Assembly (NCBI GenBank): GCA_009602725.1
Contig: WELB01000002.1
Span: 704,851-763,622, forward strand
Length of the DNA stretch: 58,772 nt
Direction: 5' to 3'
Source: Spirogloea muscicola
Taxonomy: Eukaryota
Shown here: piece after piece, positions 51,815 to 58,772 of the stretch
How the letters are laid out: every line of letters begins with the position of its first letter
How positions within the stretch are numbered: position 1 is the first letter of the stretch
Notes under the pieces: model-generated
The model's database searches: none
Seen by the model: the letters and a program-made list of their open reading frames with translations, nothing else
What the model was told of the DNA's origin: nothing
Made by a program: the position numbers and the translations under genes

Positions 51815-54185
51815 TTAGTCTTCGTGAAGCGGATCACCACCTTGCACGCCGCGAGCCGCTGGCGGGGGCCCTGGGGGCCCAAGGCGATCTTCACCTAGTG
51901 GTCCTGCTGCAGGCGGAGCAACAACAACAACAGCAGCATAGTCCTGCGGGAAAAGAGCCTTGATGACCCAGGGGGTCCTCAGAAACCGGCGGCCACTGAT
52001 ACGTGGGTACACGTCCTCCAGGAAGTAGTATGCATGCCCAGCTGCCATGCCCTGCAAAGCCCAAGTACAGATATCATACATCTGCAATACCAAGACCTCG
52101 AACGGCCTCACGAGCACGGGTTGCCAGGCCAAGAGTGACTGATTATCAGTTGAGGGAGCTCAAACTGATAGTCTTGTACGTATTACCAAAGCTTGCTATG
52201 TAAGCAACACCTTCACAAAGATTGCGCCTAGGAGGTAAGACCAGTAATGACAGGGCATCGCCTATCCTGGCACATGCCCTTCTACCAGCATCGTTAGGTA
52301 CTTTATAAGCTCTTCTTGCAGATTCTCTACGCACAACGATCATGCAGAGTTGCACTTGACGCCCTAAAACTCTCCGCCCTTTCAGCCCTAAAAATGTGGT
52401 AGACCTGCTGCACGGAGATAAATATTTTCCCAACCGTCCAAGCTGCAGCCACAAGAGGACATGTACAAGGTGGGCATGTGGATGGTGTATTCCAATTGGA
52501 CAGGACTGAATGGGGACCAGGAGAGCAGGCAAGTACCAGGAGGTCCACAACAGGGCTGCTTCCAAGAATGACTGAGAATCCTAACAAGACCTGCCAACAG
52601 CGTCCAGGCAAGAGTAAAAAGCGGGATAAGTACAGATTTGAAGAATGACCCCTGCAGGGCAGCCTACTCAGAGCCTCAGTGTCGTGGTTGAGCACGTCTG
52701 ACCAGCAACACTTTGCCTTTACTGCTTGCCTGCTTTTAACTCATAGGAGAGGACATGCTCTTGCATGATAGTAGTCGCATACCCAAGGCAGAAATGGTGC
52801 TGTGAAATTGAATAGTCCTAGAAAGCTCATCTGTACATTGGGGTTCCGCCTTCCCCACACATAAACCTGTGCAAAGATAGCAAAATTCATGATGCTTCAA
52901 GTCTGCAAGGTCATAGATGTCCAGTACACTGTAGAGCTACAGCGATATGCAGACTTGGTGGCAGCATCTCAGAGGCCCCAGAATCTGCCGTTCTTATCCT
53001 TGCTGGGACAAGTTTCACGAATCAAGCGGGCACTGATTGTGGCTCCCAACATTGCATACGGGCACACCTACCATCATGAACGTGAGTGACGATCCCAGGA
53101 ATTGGATGTTCACAAAGGGCGCGACGCCAGTGAGGAGCACGCCGCCAAATAGGAGCATGTATAAGAAGTCGGCAGTGCGGCCACGGAAGGATGTCTCCTC
53201 CAGCAGCTTGCAGTAACGTGAGAGGAAGAACATGTGGAAGAGGAAATCCAGGCCTGGCTCCGGCATATCATAAGCACAGTCTTAGCAGAGGCGGGCTAAA
53301 ATGTCCTCTATGCAAGACTGGTACAAAGTAGGAATGCTTCAAGAAGCCCGAACAAGACAGAACCAGCAAATCATCACAAGAACACTAAACAAGGAAAAGG
53401 GGCTGCAGCTCCTCATTGATGTGAGGCGTCAGGCGAAGTTCAGAAGGGCGTATAGAGGCTGTGTGAGAGAGGGCCTGAGGAAGTTGGTGACAACCATCGT
53501 CATAATCAGCAGTCCTCACCAAGAGTCCCAAAGTAGAAGAAATTGGTGACGAGGCGCCAGACCTGGAAGTGTCTGAAGATCAGCTTCGCATTGAAGTACA
53601 CCGAGTACGGCGATATCAACTGCGAGAACCAGCAGAAGTGCTCAGCCTGCAGCACCATTGTATGTCTATATGATAGCACCCACGAGCTAATAACAGTGAA
53701 GCAGGAGCCATCTGTTGGGTTGCTGCACTGATTGCCGGGGCCAACGGCTATCGCAATCGTGGCAGCAGCTGGGGCGCCGCTTCAAAGTATCCGCAAGGTG
53801 GCCTTGCAGACGCTTGCCGAGAGCAGGCAGCGGTGCGCGTTCGATACAGACGGCCGGGTGGTGTGCCAGCAGGCTCGACCAACACCTGGTGATCGGTGGC
53901 TCATTTGCTGCTCCTAGCAGCTGCTACGAATGTCGGCTGGCTACTGCATCGTCTCCACGTTGACGTCACGTCTAGATATAGCCGAGGAGTGCCAAGGAGA
54001 CGGCGGCGACGAGGGGCTGTGGCTGGGCGCGAGGTGGAGGCGGAGAAACGCCAGAGGCAGGGCCATGGTGAGGGGAGGGGCGGCACCTCGAGGGCGCAGC
54101 CGGCGGTGGTGAGGAAGGAGAGCGTGAGGTAGGAGCGCGTGATGACGGGCATCTGGCGGTACCAGTCCTCCACGTTCTGCGCCAT
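51815..54185 (-). CDS. DER2: Derlin-2 (ERAD rhomboid pseudoprotease); 6 exons
   Basis: [85 protein letters not shown] introns. Confidence 0.96.
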
Positions 54186-54750
54186 GGCGGCGGCCCCGTA
54201 GAGACTCTTCTGGTCTTGGGGGCGCGCTAGCGGTGCCGCGCCTTGGCAGGCGGGAGCGGCGCGCCGCCTCCGCGGCACCGACGGGGCTCCGCCATGCCCC
54301 GCCGCCGACGGCCACGCCGCCGGAACCGCCGNNNNNNNNNNNNNNNNNNNNNNNNNNNNNNNNNNNNNNNNNNNNNNNNNNNNNNNNNNNNNNNNNNNNN
54401 NNNNNNNNNNNNNNNNNNNNNNNNNNNNNNNNNNNNNNNNNNNNNNNNNNNNNNNNNNNNNNNNNNNNNNNNNNNNNNNNNNNNNNNNNNNNNNNNNNNN
54501 NNNNNNNNNNNNNNNNNNNNNNNNNNNNNNNNNNNNNNNNNNNNNNNNNNNNNNNNNNNNNNNNNNNNNNNNNNNNNNNNNNNNNNNNNNNNNNNNNNNN
54601 NNNNNNNNNNNNNNNNNNNNNNNNNNNNNNNNNNNNNNNNNNNNNNNNNNNNNNNNNNNNNNNNNNNNNNNNNNNNNNNNNNNNNNNNNNNNNNNNNNNN
54701 NNNNNNNNNNNNNNNNNNNNNNNNNNNNNNNNNNNNNNNNNNNNNNNNNN

Positions 54751-55050
54751 CCTTCACAGCGTAGCCGGTCTCAGAAGTAATGGGGCCCTTCGTCCGGAAG
54801 CTGTCGGTGAGGACAACGTCCATGAGGAGCCGCTTGCCACCTCCCAAGGGGACGCCGACCAGATCGACACGCCTCGTCCGAGGGACCCCATTGCGGAGGA
54901 GGATGGGCATCACCCCAGTGCTCTCCAACGCCACTTGATATCCCGCCTCCTTGACGATGCCATACATGGCGTCACGTAGGAGGTTGTGGGAGCCCGTGCG
55001 CTCACTGCCTTTGGCACACCTGAGCATGTGGTCACCCATGAGCAATGCAT
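54751..55050 (-). mobile_element. CRE-like element fragment: Zn-knuckle end and start of RLE; the 3' part lies in the N gap
   Basis: MGDHMLRCAKGSERTGSHNLLRDAMYGIVKEAGYQVALE..RRVDLVGVPLGGGKRLLMDVVLTD, which aligns with the start of ORF 35180-35695. Confidence 0.85.
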
Positions 55051-56764
55051 GGGGAGAGAAATGAACGTCGACGGTGCCCACGTTGAGACGCCGCGCGGTC
55101 TTCATGTACTGAACGGGAAGCCAGACGAGAAAGAGGTGCCGGACTGTCGTGACTAGGCCAGTTCCGCTGGTGGCCCCGTGACTCACTACTGGCCTAGCTG
55201 GGGACCATTGCAGGCACTGGGAAGACTTCCCACAGTTGGATCGCACGCACCGTCGCCGCCGCCGTCTCACGCCGCCCGAGCCTGCCGCCGAGCGCCTTAA
55301 CGGACGTGTGCATTTGGCTGGCTTTCACAGCCTTAGCGGAGCGCGTCTCCCCATCGCGCCAGACTGCGCAGACCCCGTCTCGGTCCAGATCGCCAGCTAC
55401 ATTCTGACTTTTCACATCCACATGTTGTTAGAGGAGGCCTCAACGGATTGCGGCGGTCTGACTGCGCAGACCTAGGCGCTGTGCAAGTACGAGGTTGAGT
55501 CGGATGCAACACCTGGACCTGCTAGCTCCCCCACACGAAGGGGAGTTGGAGGCTGCGTCCGCCAGAAGACGTGGCTATGTCCGAGCCCCCTGATTGATAG
55601 CAGAGGTGTATTCAGCTGAGGCAGAATCAGTCTGTCTACCTGTTAAGTAGCAGTCTGAAGCAGGCGCAAGCTGCTGATGGTGGGTAAGCCGACGCCTGCA
55701 AAAGTGTGAACTTAGGTGAAGGGCCTGAACTGTGATGAGACCTCCGCCCCTTTGCAAGTCCACCATAGGCCAAGCATTGCAAGCCATTGGGGAACTTCAA
55801 TCAAAGGTATCAGATGGACGTCAAAACTGCAATGGCGCACTTGTGAGGGATTGTATGTTGAGCAGCCTGACGTTTCCAGGTCAAGTGTAGTACCCCAGCA
55901 ACATGTGCCGATTGACAAAAAGCTTATGAGTGTCAAGCAGGCACTTCTATACTGGAGCACAGAAAGGTTGGTGAAGAGCTGCAGGAGGCAGTCTTCATAT
56001 AAAAGCAACAGCAAGTCAAGCCTTGACATGACCATATCAGGTGATAAGGACAGAGCTGTGTCGCTGACGGCCTCAAGGCCCAAGGTGGTGCACAGCTATA
56101 GGCGCCCTCGTGGGCGTGGCCGCCATGTCCGTGCCTTTGCTAATGCGCGGATGGTGGGCTATGTGCCAAACCTTCAGTGGTGCTGCAGCTCAAGAAGGCG
56201 AAGGTCGGCTGTCTGTAAAGAGCAATTCGTGAACGAGGTCCAAGCTTCTAGTTAGAACACCTGCGCGACGCCCCTGGTGCCGAGTGCCGGTCCGTGGCCC
56301 GCTGGTCACACTAGAGGAATTGAGGATGATACTGGAATGTCAAACGTCACCGTCACCAGCAACAGCACCTTGGTGTACCTTTCTAGCTTTACTTTCACAC
56401 TTTTCCGGTCATCTGTACAGCACATTGTCAACAAGGTGGTGCACATGCACTGCTGTTGCTAAAGTGGGAATGCCCGACCAGTGCAACGAATGTACTAAGA
56501 TGTGCTGATCTGATGAAGAATGAAGTGGGCGCTGGCTCTCAACTTCTGTTCCAAGGCATTGCTAACTTGCCTTGCCCAGCTGACTGGCGACCTTCAGGAC
56601 CAGGTAAATGAGCATCTCCAACAATGTTTTCTTATACATAGTCTACAGTGTCCAAATAAGACAGTGAGGAGTGTCGGTGGTTTGAGCTTTATCTTGGAGT
56701 CCCAGGGTCTGGACCTGACTTCCTTGCACGTGCGGCATATTGGACAGCAAGGTCTGCTTGCCGC

Positions 56765-58499
56765 TCACGGAGGCTTGTCCATCCAGCGGAGAGCCACACC
56801 CCGATTCTCAAGTGTCTCAATGGCAGATAGAGGAAAGTAGACCTTCATGGCAGCGAGCAGCTTGACCTTGCGCAGAGCCTCGGCGGCGAGCAGTGACGCT
56901 ACGATGCAATCGATGGTCATCGCCTTGCACTGCACGAGGTTGAGCTTGTTTATGCCCGGCAGCCTTGCAAGTGCTGCCAGCCCAACATTGCCCACACTGC
57001 TGTACGAAAGGTTCACCTGCAGGTGCAGTCACTCTTGTAAGCAATAATTCAATCATTGCAGATGCATACAATAGAGTATGTTGTGCATGATTGACGTAAG
57101 CTATAGAAGCTGCCGGGGCAGTCAGGCGGCCACCGGGTTTTCCTCCGTGGAGCCATCGCTTGACTGTTGCGTGTGGTCAGGTGCTCAAAACAGGCCAGAA
57201 ATCTGCTGAGGTCCAGGATTGGTGCAGTCAAAGGTAGGGAATATAAAGAGGGCTAAGGGCTAAGCGTGTGGGGTCAGCGATCCAAACCACGGACCTGCCG
57301 CAGGCTGGGGCAGAGGCGGGCGACCGCAACGAGGCCGGCGTCGCCTAGACCCGTGCAACGCTTTACGTCCATCTCAGTCATGCGTGTGCAGCCCTCCGCC
57401 AGCGCCGCCAAGCCCTCCGATGTCAGCTGCAGTTGCTTGCCGCATGCCAATCAGGAGGTCAGCAAATGACATGATCGGCACTGACAGCGTCTGGCAGAAT
57501 GACTGGCCTTTACATTGCCCAAAAGCATGCGTGAGCCTGGACACGGGCTTTCACTCTGGCCTTGAGCCGGCAGGAAGGAGGTCTGACCCCTCGGAGGCCG
57601 CGGACTTCGAGATTCTGGAGTGCGCGGCAGCCGGCCAGCGCGCGGAATGCCTCGTCGGTGAGCCTTGCGCAATATGAGAGGTTGGCCTGCCGCAGCCGCG
57701 GGCACCCCCGCGCAATGGCCGCCACGCCCGCATCTGTCACTTGCGCGCACCTGCAACAGGCAGGCCGTTGTGGAGCACAAGGGATTGCCATTCAGCAGCG
57801 GGCGCTGTCACCTGGTGTTGATAAGTGCGGTTGAGGTTTTGGGTCAGCAGGTCTAAAATTGGGGCGCTATACCGGCAGGCGCAAGGTGCACACCTGTACA
57901 GGTCGACATCCTCGAGAGCACTGCAGCAGCCGAGTGACTCGCAACCCGAATCGGTGACCTCTGCTGAGAAGCCGATCCGCAGCACCCGCAGCTGCTCGCA
58001 CGTGCCCAGCAGGCTCAGCGCTGTCATCCCCAAGCATGCGTTGCCCGTTCAAAGAACTGATCAGAGGCGATTACGGCTCTAAAAGTGAAAGCTGAGAGTC
58101 AAGCAAGAGGCAAAAGGAGGGAGGTTAGTGAGGGTAAAGGTTAGAAGGTGCAGGATACTATATTCTCCAATGCATTCAGGGCTGGTGTTCATAAGAGGAC
58201 GGCCGCTCAAGGTCCACTGATCCAGAAAGTGAGGGCTTGACAGCTGCTTGCTGTCAAGCATTGGAAACTAGTACTGTGAAATACAAGATTCACTTACTCC
58301 GGCTTCAAAGTGCTCATATACAAAAATTTACATCCAATGTGCAGGGCTCAGGATGAGAGGCTGCCGTCACGCACATGCGTCAGAGAGGCCGCAGTCAGTG
58401 AAGTCGAGCTCCTCGAGGCCGCGGCAGTTCGTGACGATGGCCGCCACGCTGCGCTCGTTAACCGCAGTGCATCCCTCCAGCTTTAGCGAAGTCAGGGAT
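56765..58499 (-). CDS. F-box/LRR-repeat protein (FBL3-like), last 5 exons; gene continues beyond the window
   Basis: Cys-containing LRRs: SLTSLKLEGCTAV, LEELDFTDCGLSD, LEDVDLYRCAQVTDAGV, LRQANLSYCARLTD, ending LENRGVALRWMDKPP*. The F-box itself is not in the window. Confidence 0.85.
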
Positions 58500-58772
58500 C
58501 TGTTGGTGCCCAGCGTGAGCAGCAAGGTGGTTGCATCAGACAAGGCTGGCAGGAGGAGGGTAGGGAAGGATGGGTGGAGGAAATGAGGAGGGAGGACGGG
58601 AGGATGTGATGGGGGAGAGGGTGCAGGAGGAAAGGGGGAAGAAGGAGGTGAGAGGAGGGAAGGAGGAGTGAACAATGAGGGACAATGCTGAAAGAGTTTG
58701 GAGGGACAAAGAGAGGGGGGAGGGAGGCAGGAAGGGGGCCGGAGAGAGAGAGAGAGGGAGAAGAAAAGAGAG

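Noticed and set aside
58550..58772. Purine-rich low-complexity tract and Pro/Ser-rich ORF extension (similar tract at 18940-19200)
   Set aside because: Pyrimidine-rich intron sequence of minus-strand genes.

Overview
Eukaryotic, intron-rich, GC-rich genomic DNA. The proteins are plant-type and the gene structure suggests a streptophyte green alga or early-diverging plant (inference). Eight host genes can be reconstructed from spliced exons: a two-RRM RNA-binding protein (-), FAB1/PIKfyve kinase (-), a secreted Cys-rich root-cap/VWD-like protein (-), an MSP1/ATAD1-type AAA ATPase (-), a conserved plastid-type membrane protein (+), a WD40 protein (-), Derlin-2 (-) and the 3' part of an FBL3-like LRR protein (-). 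Mobile DNA includes a decayed Ty3/Gypsy element with a C-terminal PHD finger on its integrase and rearranged LTRs, and a 410-bp MITE with perfect 28-bp TIRs. The most striking feature is dozens of very short (25-600 bp) 3' ends of a diverse family of restriction-like-endonuclease (CRE-clade-like) non-LTR retrotransposons. They are piled into intergenic nests, inserted into each other with visible 6-17 bp target-site duplications, share a conserved ...AGRAL...LTRGY* protein tail and GC hairpin termini, lack poly(A), and were not seen in host introns. Exon boundaries were read by eye, and N gaps hide the 5' ends of some features.
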